Shown: piece after piece, positions 39,331 through 54,110 of the stretch | Numbering within the stretch: position 1 is the first letter of the stretch | How the letters are laid out: the number at the start of each line of letters is the position of its first letter | Source: Lama glama | Taxonomy: Eukaryota | Direction: 5' to 3' | DNA length: 64,000 nt | Assembly: GCA_028534125.1 (NCBI GenBank) | Contig: CM052816.1 | Coordinates: forward strand, 27,406,001 to 27,470,000 | The notes under the pieces: model-generated | What the model saw: the letters and a program-made list of their open reading frames with translations, nothing else | Databases searched by the model: none | What the model was told of the DNA's origin: nothing | Translations under genes and position numbers: made by a program

Positions 39331-40494
39331 GTTTCTTCCCTGGGGTGTTCTTCAGTGGCCCCGCTGCCTCTGCCTTTCACCCTTCCAAGGCTGGCCCCAA
39401 ACTCCCTCTGCTGTGGGGTCTTCATAACGATGTCCGTTCTCCCATCTGCTTTGGCTGAAGGAGCCGGTGCACCACCCTTTATGACAGTTACACGCAGTCT
39501 TGTGTTGTTCACGGATGCTTTATTGAAGCATGTTTCACCGTAAACCCGTGTTCTCTGGCCTTCCAGGACGGCATACCCCTTTGCTCACTGAATAACCAGG
39601 ATCTGAGTCCCCCGTTAGAGGATGCCAGGAAGCCCAGTTGTCTCCTCGGGTGATCTGAGCATTACTGGAGATTCCGTACCTACCTTGGCTATTGTTTGCC
39701 ATCTGTTGCTCCTAACTGCGACTTGGGCATGCTCTGTGCAGTTTTAAGTGCTTCTTTGGTCTGGTTTGTCCACGTACAGACATTGGCTCCCCTCATGTTT
39801 CCCCCACACCCCAGCACAGCTAACAATAAGGCAAAGTGAAAGCTTAAAGATAGCGTCCAGAATTGAAAGTTGAGTGCAGGATTTTATAATATACAGTTCA
39901 GTAACAATGATCACTGCTCCCAAGCCCACCTGCCTTATACCACTCTAGGGCATCCTCTACAGGCTCTCTCTCACCTCAGAGTGTCTTGCCGACCTGTTGT
40001 TCTGGTTGCAGTCTCTCCTCACAGAGGTTGGAGTTCCCCTGGCCCTAGTTCTGAGCCCAGAGCTCCAATTTCTTTTTTGTCCAGATCTAATCAGAGGATG
40101 AAAAACCAGCTTACTCAATAATAATTCCTGAAAGTTGGAGCTCTGTACATTATGAACATGGACATTTTGCAAACATCCTCTAGCAAAATTCTTCCTTTCC
40201 TCTTTGCCCCAGTGACCATTATTCAACTAAACCTAGGACCACCCTTTGCATACTAAAAATACCTTTAAAAGTGTTTCTTTAAATAATAAAAAAAAGAGAA
40301 CAATCTTTCCTTCAAATATTGAATGATGAAAATGGCTATAATTTTTTATTTTCATCTTTTTTTGTCCTAATGTACCAACCTTGTCTGCCTGGGTGGCAAG
40401 AACAATTTCTTGTCCCCCAGGGTTTAGGCCCAAATATTGTCAATTTTTTCACGAGGGAAAGTGGTCCCCCAGCAAGAAGGCAGGAATAGAATTA

Positions 40495-40895
40495 TGTTGG
40501 AGCTGCATGCCAGAAACTTCTAATTATTCCCCCAATCCCTGTTGACCTGTTCTTCCTGCTGTCATGGTGAGAACACAATGTCCAGACTTCCTTGCTCTCG
40601 GCCATGAATGTGAGTGGAATGATGAACATTTCTTCTAGGCTTAATGGGTAACTCAACACTGTTTTCTCCTTGTGACTGAGCTGAAAGGACAGGACCTCCC
40701 GGGCCACTTTGCATGTCCCATGTTGAAAATGGCAGAGACTTCATCAGCCTGGGGCTCTGAATGAGGTCAGGAAGGAGGGACGCCTCACTAAACTGCTCAC
40801 TTGCCCAGGGCTCTTTTTAAAGCAAGACATAAAATTCTGTCTTGTTCAAGCCCTTGTAATATTTTGGTGTATTTGTTACAGCACTTAGTCTCCCT
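40495..40895 (+). mobile_element. MaLR solo LTR (MLT1H/I/J-like)
   Basis: ttgaaaatggcagagacttcatcagcctgggg...aaattctgtcttgttcaagccc...ttttggtgtatttgttacagca. Confidence 0.6.
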
Positions 40896-41097
40896 GAAAA
40901 CAAGCTGTGAGTAGAAACCCCATCAGAGGTGCCTCTACTCAGAGAGGCGGTTAGCAGAGGTCTGTGTGGTGTGATGAGGGTCACAAAACATCAGGGAGAT
41001 GCCATGCCCTCTTCCATTCCAACATTCTGTCTGAAATTCCACCACACAGATTTCATTACTTTGGGTAAAGATGTAATACCTCTAAGAAACTTCTTTT

Positions 41098-41273
41098 AAA
41101 ATAACCATACCAAAAAAATTAAAACAAAGCCAAAAACACATACACAGAGAGAACAAAAACAAAAACAAAGCAAAAAAGAAAAAAAATTTCATGAAAAAGA
41201 ATTTAAAAAAGAAAATTGAAGAAAGCAAAAGAAAAAAAATTTTTTAAGAACAACAAATAAAATAACCATACCA
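41098..41273 (+). mobile_element. A-rich tail-only retrotransposon insertion flanked by a 15-bp TSD
   Basis: aaaataaccatacca at 41098-41112 and 41259-41273, left copy at a tttt/aaaa site; ~146 bp of A-rich sequence in between. Confidence 0.75.
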
Positions 41274-42272
41274 TCTGAGAAAGAGCACTCATTAAACCAT
41301 TAGCTAAGAACCCCTTAGCCTGGATGACTTTCTCAAGTTGAAATAGCTAGTGAAAAGTCGGGGACACAGGAAGAGAAATGTGGGAGGGCAGAGTGGGAGA
41401 CATGGAGGGATATCTGGAACATGGAGCATCTGAGTTTCTTCTCCAATAGAAACCGAAGTCTGGGCCATATGGGTGGAAGGTGGAACAGCAGGTCCTGGAG
41501 AAACCTTGATGGAGATAGGGAGGCAAGAAGTCAGAAAAAGTTTAAGGAGTGGAAAGGAAGGCATTGAAGGCTAATTTCTTGCTTGATAGTTTGGCCCAAT
41601 GCTGGTCCTCGAAACAGGTACTTTTGTCCACCATTCCCCCACACTTTAAGCACATTACTTTGACGGTCCAACCTACTTTCTAGATCTGCACATGGCCCCA
41701 CAGGAAAGCCCTGATGACGGTCATCAGAGTACAATGAGATTTGTTTAAACCATATCTGCACTTTCAACATTTGGATGTTTTGACTTTGTTTCAGCTACTA
41801 TGTTATTTAGAGATTCATAGAACAATAAGCATCTACCATGTCACATTGTGAAGCTGTTTATCTTTCTGCAGCTCATGGAAAGTACAGACAGGTGAGCAGG
41901 ACAAGGTCATAGAGTAACTGATGGGCAAAATCCATTGCCAGATAATTGAACTGCATTTATCTATTATTATTTTTTAAACAAGCATGTACATATGAATCCA
42001 TTTTATGATTAAACATATTAACAGAACATTAAAATGAACACTGATTAAACAGTACATTAAAAATCTGCACCCAGAATTTGTCCAGGTTGTGAAACAGCTG
42101 TGTATTTTGGGAGTGGCAAATCAAGGAGCCAGTCTTCTACGGGCTGTCTGCCCCTACTGAGTTTGGTTATGGTGTCCTTTAATGCAGGCAGCAGAGGTGG
42201 CCAGCATCCTGCATGGATTTGAGGACTCTACCTGAGAGTAGGTGGTTTGGGGGTCCTCCCCTGTGCCACATA

Positions 42273-42923
42273 CAGGCACACCATGTTTTATTGTGCTTTG
42301 CTTTACTGTGCTTCACAGATATCACAGATATTTTGTTTTTTACAAATTAAAAGTTTGTGGCAACCTTGCACCAAGCAAGTCTGTCAGCACCAATTTCTCC
42401 ATCAATGTTTGCTCACTTCTGTCTGTGTCACAGTTTGGTAATTCTCTTGTATCTCAAACTTTTTCACCATTATATTTGTTATGGTGATCTGCAATCAGTG
42501 ATCTTTGATGTTACTATTGTAATTGTTTTGGCAATTTTTAGCAATAATGAATTTTTATTTTTCTTTTTAAATTTTTATTTATTAATTTTTTATTGAAGTA
42601 TATTTGTTTTACAGTCTGTTAATTTCTTACAGCATAGTAATTCATTTACACATAGATATATATTCCTTTTCATATTCTTCTTCATTATAGGCCATTAGAA
42701 GGTATTGAGTCCTGGTGTCGATAAAGCATTTTTAAATTAAGGAATATACATTGCTTTTTTAGACGTAATGTTATTGCACACTACAGTGTAGACTACAGTA
42801 TAGCATAAACATAACTTTTATATGCACTAGGAAACCAAAAAATTCATGTGGCTTGCTTTATTGTGATACTCACTTTGTTGAGGTGATTTGAACCAAACCC
42901 ACAATACCTCTGAGGTCTGCTTG
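42273..42923 (+). mobile_element. Internally deleted Tigger1 (TcMar) DNA transposon
   Basis: TA|caggcacacc...gaggtctgcttg|TA termini; both Tigger1 end regions recognisable (ttttacaaattaaaagtttgtggcaacc; aacataacttttatatgcactaggaaaccaaaa). Confidence 0.9.
42552..42712 (-). mobile_element. L1 3' tail nested in Tigger1
   Basis: Poly-T then tttattgaagtata...tacagcatagtaattca...catattcttcttcattataggccatta..aggtattga is an antisense artiodactyl L1 3' end. Confidence 0.8.
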
Positions 42924-42934
42924 TAGATGCTTCT

Positions 42935-43510
42935 TCTATTAGGTGTCTGTTGCTCCCATAACCAATTACTACAAACTTAGTGGCTTAAACATTGCACATT
43001 TATTTTCTTACAGTTCTGTAGGTCAGAAGTTCAGCCCTGGATTCACCAGATTAAAAACAAGTTGTTGACAGGGCTATATTCCTTTCTGGAGGCTCCAGGG
43101 GAAAATCTGTTTCCTTGCTCATTCAGGTTGTTGGCAGAATCCAGTTCCTGTGGCTATAGGACTGAGGTTCCCGTTTCTTTGCTGGCTGTCTGCTGGGGCT
43201 GCCCTTACCTCCTAGAGGTTTCTCTCTCGTCCTTGCACATAGCTCCCTACATCTCAGAACCAGCAACGGCATGTAGAATCCTTCTTATGCTGCCATGTCT
43301 CTCTCTCACCCCCGTTTTTCTTCTTATTCCACTATTAAGGACTCATGATTATATTGGTTCTACCCAGATAATCCAAGATACCATCCTCATTACAAGGTCC
43401 ATAACATTAACCATGTCTGCAAAGTCTCTTTTACCATGAAAGGTAACATATTTGTAAGTTGGGAGGACTAGGGTGTCAACATCTTTAGGGCCTTTATTTT
43501 GCCTAATGCA
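42935..43510 (-). mobile_element. MaLR solo LTR (MLT1E-like)
   Basis: ccataaccaattactacaaacttagtggcttaaac...acagttctgtaggtcagaagt...ctggaggctccaggggaaaatc...gttgttggcagaatccagttcc. Confidence 0.85.
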
Positions 43511-45809
43511 CTCTCAATTAAGTATTACCTGAAAAACATTGGTCTGTAGGGTGATCAGTGTGAATCAGTGATGGAACCTAACCCTCATGATGCCAAGACC
43601 AGATTTCACTTTTTTACTTGCAGTTGGTTTATATCCATGCTAGCTTAATCTCATGTTTCCAGAAGTAGAATTAAAAGGCATTACTAGAGACACTCTGGAA
43701 TCTTGTGCTCCCAGCACTTCTCCCTGACCCCTTCATCTTCCTCTGACACCCAAAACTGTAGTTGAAACTTAGGTCATTCAAATTCAACATTAGTGGGGTT
43801 TCAAGAACTAAGTTTGCCTGGGTATCAAGAACGTAAGTTTTCATCACACTTTTCCCTAGGAGTCTATCTAGATAAGTATTTTTATAACAAAAATGTAAAA
43901 GAACTAAACATAAAAGTGTACCATCCTATGCTACATTAGCAGTGTTCTTCCTGGTGTAAATTTTTTTTGAGAATAGCATTAATAGTTTTATTTTTAATAT
44001 AAAGGGTAATCCTACAATGGCCACCTAAAAAGTACCCACCATCATTCAAGCCTCAGTCAAGGGCCTATGGAAATTTTTTCCTGGTGTAATTCTCTCTACA
44101 GCACCCAATTTGGCCCCGACTAGAAATTCGACTGCTTCTCACATGTGCTGTTTCTTCCAAGTGCAGGAAAACTTCGTTTCCATCTCCGGCCACAGTGCTC
44201 ACAGAGAGGGGGCAGGGTGAGCAGAAACAGGCACGGCCCGTTCATGTGGGCCAGACAGAGTTGGGAGGGAAGTAATACATGATAAAGGAAGGTGGACCAG
44301 CGCCAGAGGAGGGAAAGGCCCCCTCGGGGTTGGGGAAGGAAAGGGCTGAACTTCCTGTCCTGACTGGGTATGGGATTAAAGCCCCACGAACCGGCTGAGG
44401 CGGGGGTGTAAACAAGAAATGCTGCTAATGTGAGAAGCAGAGGAGCACAGACAGACCAAGGGCTGTTTGCAGGAGCTAGCAGACTTTGGATACCTGCCCT
44501 CTCTCTCTTCCCTTCTTGCAAATGGGTCTGCTTGTCAGTAGCAGCTTCTTTTTCCATAAAGAGATTCAAGCCAATGTTCTTCAGGCTGGAGCCACATCCT
44601 CTAGGAGCCATTCTTGGAGATACTGGGACCCCGCTTGGAAATACTTCCAGGGCTGCCTGCTGAGAAGGCCACCCAGAGCACTCCCCTGATGGAGCTCTAA
44701 CGGAGGAGTCTCCCACTCCACACCCACTACGAGGACTGGCTTGTTCAATCTACAGTGTTCCCTTCCGATAGAACACACACCCTGCAACTTTAATGTGAAT
44801 TTAATGTGCAAATGAGCACCAAGAAATCCTGGAATTCTTCCCATAACCTCAACTAGAGGGGAATCCAATTAAAAATTGTGCAGCACCGGTTGGCAGAGCA
44901 GAGAGGAAATCGTACTGTGGCTGATGCCTGTAATAACATTGCCTCCCAGACCAATAATTGCCCAAGTGAGCGTGAGAGCTCCAAGTACCTTGCTCTAGTA
45001 TCTGCTCTTCATCATCTGGGGGCCTATCTATGGGAACTATTTCAAGGTTCAAATCCATAGCTTGAGGATGTGCCAACCATTGTTAAAGAAATTATTTTCT
45101 TTTTCAGAGTACAAGTGTCTGCAGCGATGTGAACTAATTGAGGAGGAGGGCAGGTGGCAGAGAGCAGGTGAGCTCCTTCCATTTCATGGTGAGACTTTGA
45201 GGACTTGCCTTTATGGTAGACTGGAACTCTCGGGCTGATGTCATCATGACTGAGTTCGCTCCAGATCTGAGTCCATGGAACATGTGCAGGCCACCTGAGG
45301 CGGAGCTGGAGGTGTACTTGGAAGTGGCATCCCCACAGCCGGCACCTGGACGTGCCTCAAGCTGTTCCCTGTGGAAGCAACAGTTTCTACAAGAGCTCGT
45401 CTTTCTCAACCACTTCAAGAACTCAGATTTGATCTGAGTAGTTTTGTTTTGTTTCGTTTTGTTTTGTTTTTTCATGCTTTGAAAGCAAAGTGCCCAAACA
45501 TCTCTTTAGGACCCCAAATGGCAACTTATTTCAAGATTAAGGCCAATGTTTTGCTTTATTTCCCTTGCTGTTTGACTTCTGCACACTAGGAGAAAGCAGA
45601 AGTGGCTTTTGAAATACCATGCAGTTCAGACTTTAATTTTCACCTCAGTTTTAGATAAACCTAAACCAGCAGCCAAACTGCAAGTATGCAAAAATTTCCA
45701 TTTGCCTTCGTTACTAAACATTGTACAAAACTTTTGACATTTGTCAGATCACTGATGTTGGAATAATCTTACTAATGATGGAATCTAGCACACAGACAGC
45801 AATGGATAA

Positions 45810-46055
45810 GATAATGGGTTTGGAAGTCTGGGAGTCCTGAGTTGGCTTCCTTACTCCAATCCTTAACTCAAGTTCAATGTGACCCTGAGTTAGCTATTTT
45901 AGTCTAAGTATCACTTTCCTCATGTGTAAAATAAGAATAATATCTTCTTGAAGAATTGATGTGAGATTTATATAGACTGACATATATATAGGAAGTACTA
46001 GGCACAGTGCCTGACCCACAGCACCCTCCCTACATATTAGATGTCATTTTTGTTA
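45810..46055 (+). mobile_element. MIR SINE
   Basis: tgtgaccctgag...tttcctcatgtgtaaaataagaataat...tgtgagattta...ggcacagtgcctgac. Confidence 0.75.
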
Positions 46056-47396
46056 CCAAAATAAAAGAACTAAGCCATCAACTCTGAGTCATTAAATGCT
46101 ATGTCTTTTACAAGATGCTAATCTTATTTGAGGATATCTAGGAGACTTTTGTAAAAGTTCATCTCTTGCTTCCTTTGGAACAGGCAGGAAAAAAATGAAC
46201 AATGAGAACAATTATCCTAACCAAACCTCTTATAATACAGAGCTGTATGACCAAATTATTAGCCTGAATAAATTTGCTTGTCGAATTTGCAGTTAACCAT
46301 GCTGTACAAAGTCATGAATGCAAGGCTTGCAGGAACCCAGTGGATCCAGAATGGCCCTGAAATTCAGCCATAAAATGAACAAAGATCTCAAGCAAAACTG
46401 CTGGGAGTCCAGGCAAAGCAGCGCTGCCCGGGGGAGCAAAACTAGGCAGAGCACCTCCCTGGCCTGGCCTCCTCCCAGGAGAGCTCTGCCTCTCTGAATG
46501 CACATTCAGAGACTCTCAAAACCAGAGCAGCTGCACAACCCACTTACTGTGCATGGGCCTTGGGTGGAGAGGCACAGAACTTCCTGGCAGGCTTTTAGAC
46601 CTCAACAATAAAGCACCTATATGCCCCTAGGAGGGCAGGGAGAACTCTCACTGGACTTCTTCTGTAGGAGGTGGGAGCTAGCCTCCAGTCACTTGATGAA
46701 TCTTGTCACAGCAGTCTCCCAACATGGGATGCTGGCACTGAGGCTGAAATTTCCCTGCTGCATGTCTCCCTGTTAGCTAGGGAGTATGGGTTAGGTATGG
46801 TTTTAGCACTTCAGGCCCTGGGCTCTTTTGTGTCTTTTCTCCTGTTGAACAATTTTTTGGAGAAAAGAAGATTCCCAGTCACTAACTCAATTAAAAACAT
46901 TTCCCTGGAGCAGAAAGAGCAGGGAGTGGCACGTTATTTCAGAAAGCACAGGGACGGGAGGGAATCCAAAGAGTTGCCTGAAGTCACCACCCAAAGTCTC
47001 TGTTCACTGAATAATTGCCCTAATTGTGAGGTTCAAAATCTTGTTCAGGAAAATAGACCAGAAGAAAAATGGCAACAGTTGGCTCTGAGATTTCCTGGAG
47101 ATAAAAATGCCAGCTCTGATGAGGTGTGGCCCACGTGTAATTCTGCCTGACAACCATGTGACATTCAAGGCCCCCGACGTGACTCGGCACACGCACACAG
47201 CCGCTGAGTAAAAGCAGTGACGCAGCGATCACGCCAGGCGACCAGAGCACTGAGCTTGGCGTCCCATGCCCGATGGCCTTTGGTCCTTTCAGTTTTCCTT
47301 GTTTCCTCTCCTCCCCTTCTATTTCTCCTCCCCACCCTATCCTAGCTCTTTCAAAAGGATTTGATTTCTGTAACTCTTTAGTAGAGAGACAGGGCT

Positions 47397-50473
<3,077 letters not shown>

Positions 50474-50779
50474 TTAAAATTATAATACATTTAAATTTGC
50501 ATGAAAAATCAATCTATTTTTTAAAAGTCTAACCATGGTGAATTTAACTTTTTTGGCAGTAAAGAGAACTATATTATCTGAGTGATTGAGGTGGGGGTGG
50601 GGGTGGTTTAGGAGGAGGATAGGAAATAAAAAAGAGCCAACCAGAATTCTACATAATGGTACTTTGTAAAACGCATTTTCTCATTTAATATGACTGCACT
50701 TCAGTAAAGTCAGTCTGGCTATAATGTATCCACAAGGACTAGCAGGGCAGCATGTCTGTGAGAGCTTGAGCCTTCATGG

Positions 50780-51300
50780 CTCTGTGGGTAGGTAAATCGT
50801 GGGTCCAAGAGAACACCAATGCTTTGTTCTAGATAACAGAGAAGATGGAGATGTCACTTACAGAAACGGGAGAAATCAGGAGAGACAGTTTGGGGAAGGA
50901 GAAAAAAATGGATTCTGTTCTGGACCTAGCTGACGTACTAGAAGAATTTAAACATGAAAGTCCAGCCAAAACAAGAAACAGAGGTCTGTAGTTCAGGATT
51001 AGTGGGATTCAGAGCTATCTGCACAGAAAAAAATGTTTAAAACCATAAAAATTCCAGAAAAGGAGTATACAGAGAGTGGATGGAGAAAAATTCTTGGGAG
51101 AGTAGCTACCATAATGAGATTGGGCAAGGGAAATTGCAGCCTAAGAAGATAAAGGTTCAAGTCTGCAGTTAAAGAAACAGGGCGTGGAGACAAAAGACTC
51201 TGTTCAGATTTCTGAAAACACTTCTGGTTCCAGAAAGTTGGTATCATCAACCCTGTCAAATGCTACTGAGAGTAGTGGGTGTTGAGGAAGGTGAGTAGAT
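50780..51300 (-). mobile_element. LINE-2 fragment
   Basis: Purine-rich ggagatgtcacttacagaaacgggagaaatcagg...tctgttctggacc...ctgtcaaatgctactgagag resembles antisense L2. Confidence 0.55.
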
Positions 51301-52172
51301 CTGGTTGCTAAATAGTTTGGAGTTAAAGATTAGGTCAAGAAGAGAAATACACTTTCAAAAAGTTTGCAGAAAGGAAATTTGAGAGAGAAGTAGAGTTGAA
51401 GAAAGATTTGTTTTGTTGTTGTTGTTAAGATAGGAGTATCTTGGTGGAGGGAAAGAAATTGTAGGCCTAAGAGAAAAGGGGGGTAATCAACAGAAAAAGG
51501 TCTCTGAGGAGGTGGGAGCAGGTGGGATCAAGGGTGTAACTGGAAATGTTAGCCTCTGAGGAAAAGGAAGAAAAATGAAACAGATGCAGTTGAAGGAAGG
51601 TTGTTGTAGGGAGGGAAGCTCTAGTGGAGCTGATAGAAGAAGAATTTACTCTTCAAAGTAAGAGGCAAAGATCTTCAGAGAGTGAAGAGATTCCAATTCT
51701 GGGAAACAGAATAATAAAAAATACTGGGATTCAGCACTTTGGGAAAGGCAACAGTGATTCATTTAAGGAAGAATACTCACCAAATAATGGAAAAGGCCCA
51801 GGTAAGCTGAGCTGTAAGAAATTTCAATGGAATTAAATGACCTTTTCCAATATTTCTTAAGTAGCAGTGGGTGGCATGAAAGCAGAAACAAATTAAGTTG
51901 GTGGTGTGGTCTCCTTTGGGAAAAAAAAGCATGGTAAAATGTGTGCATGTTTTAGAATCAGCTTGCTTTTAACTAAGACTGTTGGAGGTTCCACTTGCAG
52001 TGGAAATAGCACAGGGCAAGAGCAAAATCAAATGGAAATACATTTATGATTCCTGGATACCTGAGCAGAAATAACAGATTCTAGATGAGTAAATTCGCAA
52101 TTAATACAGACCAAGCAAAATGGAAAATGGAGTGACTCCTGGATGAGCCAAGTCTTTAAAAGAACACATTAT

Positions 52173-52313
52173 ATGTTATGTTATAGCTATAATGGAAAAG
52201 AATCTGAAAATATACGTCTATATATATGTATATGTATAATTGAATTGCTTTGCTGTACACCTGAAACTAACATTATAAGTCAACTACACTTCAATAAAAA
52301 ATTAAATTTAAAA
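52173..52313 (+). mobile_element. Short artiodactyl-type L1 3' end
   Basis: ctataatggaaaagaatctgaaaa...tttgctgtacacctgaaactaaca...tcaactacacttcaataaaaa; flanked by cacattat repeats (TSD remnant). Confidence 0.85.
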
Positions 52314-54078
52314 TCACATTATTTGAGGTAAAATATTTTTATTCTATTAGTCTATACTGACTTATACTAATAGACTACATTAATCAAAACAACTAAATAG
52401 TTTGTTATCTTTCCTTGTTACTAGCCATGTAGCAAAGTCTAACACCTGAAAAGTGACTTTAAAAATATTGGGGGAATTAAAGACTTAAGAGAAAGGATAA
52501 AGCAGAAGTAATAATTTTCAAAATATCCAAAAGTTCCTTATTATTTTTTACATGTTTATTTACTTGAAAGATTAATTAAGTGCAGGTTTCTAAATTTTAA
52601 AACAAGAAGTTACTCTTTTTATTTTGAGAATGATGAATTTATTAAAATTCCAGATGGAAAGCAGGAGCCAAATCTAGTATTTAACCAAGCGTGTAAGCAA
52701 AATAAACAGTGTGAGTCATAAATGAAGACATTCATGTCACATTGTCATAAAGTTTCTTTTGCAAGGAAAAAAAATCAGAAAAAAATAGACACAGAGGCTA
52801 GAAGACATGCACAAAATAATTTGCAGGGATGTGGGAGAAAATTAATACCATAAAAAGGCTAAGATGTTCTATATTATATTTTCCAAAGCCTGCCCCATCC
52901 TCTATACTTGTGGTTGAACTGCAGTTGAACCTGCAACACACTCCATATTCGTAGCTTGTGAACATCTTACTCCTAAGCAGTGTTCTAGGAAAGGGCAAGC
53001 AACCCCGACACACAGCTGAAGAGAAAAACCCCGTGGGTCTGAACAGAGATAAGAGAACCTCTTTATTGTTCATTAGTTTCACAGTTGTCAGTCTGAAATT
53101 TCCAGAGAAATCTGAACGATCTCCAACTTGTGGTTCCCACCACTGCCAAGGTTTTACACTTCTGCCTCCTCAGTGTTTTCAGATGGAAGTGGACGTGTTG
53201 GGGAGGGAGAGAAGAAACAGGAAGAAGAGACCAGAGCCCTGTAGGAAAGAGCAGAAGACCCTGCTTGGCTAATGTGCTACTGTAACTTGGCATAACTGAG
53301 CAAGGCAGTGGGGGCGAAGGTGTGCCCACGGGGCTGGTGTACACCAGGCCTGCGGGGACCAGAAGATGCCAGGAAAGTGTAACCAAAGGAGGGCAAAGAG
53401 GAAGCCACTAAGTCAAGAGTTTCTGCAGAGCAAAGGATTAGATCAGCACTTTTCCTGTCAACATCTCAGGTAGTATTTTGGAGGTGAGGCATTACTTTGT
53501 TAACATCAGGGTAAAAGACTTTTTAAAAAGTTAATCTCGGAATCTACATAAGCACGAATTCAGATGTGAACTGTTTTACGGGGGCAACTAAATGCCCCTG
53601 CACAGCAAGTTTATTAGGGCTCATCCCAAGCTTGCTTTTGTTCTTTCAGTTTCCTGGGAAAGTCTATTTAGGTTGGATACAGACAGAGGCACTTGGACAC
53701 TCAGGGAGAGTTTTCTTATGTGTATATTTCTCTCAATTTGAATCCAACTCATTTTCATATGTTTTCAATCATTTTGCTGGCCACTATTGGAATTATTATT
53801 TTCCACGCAGCATTTTTTTTTAATGTCATTTTTCTGTCAGGAATGTTCAGTCTTTTAGGCCAGGACTGTGCAATGCAAAGGGAAGTGAACATTTACCAAC
53901 TTTTCTCCTAATCAGTGTAGATGACCTGTCATCCATCCATTCATTTTTACAATTTGTAATATCACAATTGAAACAAAGGGGAGAGAATAAGGACCAAGAA
54001 AAGAGGGTGGTTTGCTGGAGAGGTGTTGACAGAAGAGGAACGGATGTAGGTCCAGAAAACCTGGACTAGGACACTTAT

Positions 54079-54110
54079 TTCAAATAGCTTCAAATAGCTT
54101 CAAATAGCTT
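54079..54110. repeat. 10-bp tandem repeat (ttcaaatagc)x3
   Basis: Direct reading. Confidence 0.9.

Noticed and set aside
44120..44716. 198-aa minus-strand ORF
   Set aside because: Non-ATG start, GC-richer region with several overlapping ORFs on both strands, no recognisable homology
45555..45560. AATAAA (minus strand) as the ZNF475 poly(A) signal
   Set aside because: Plausible at ~1.8 kb past the stop, but cannot be distinguished from chance without transcript data
46671..47150. 159-aa plus-strand ORF
   Set aside because: GTG start, antisense to the presumptive ZNF475 3' UTR, no recognisable motif
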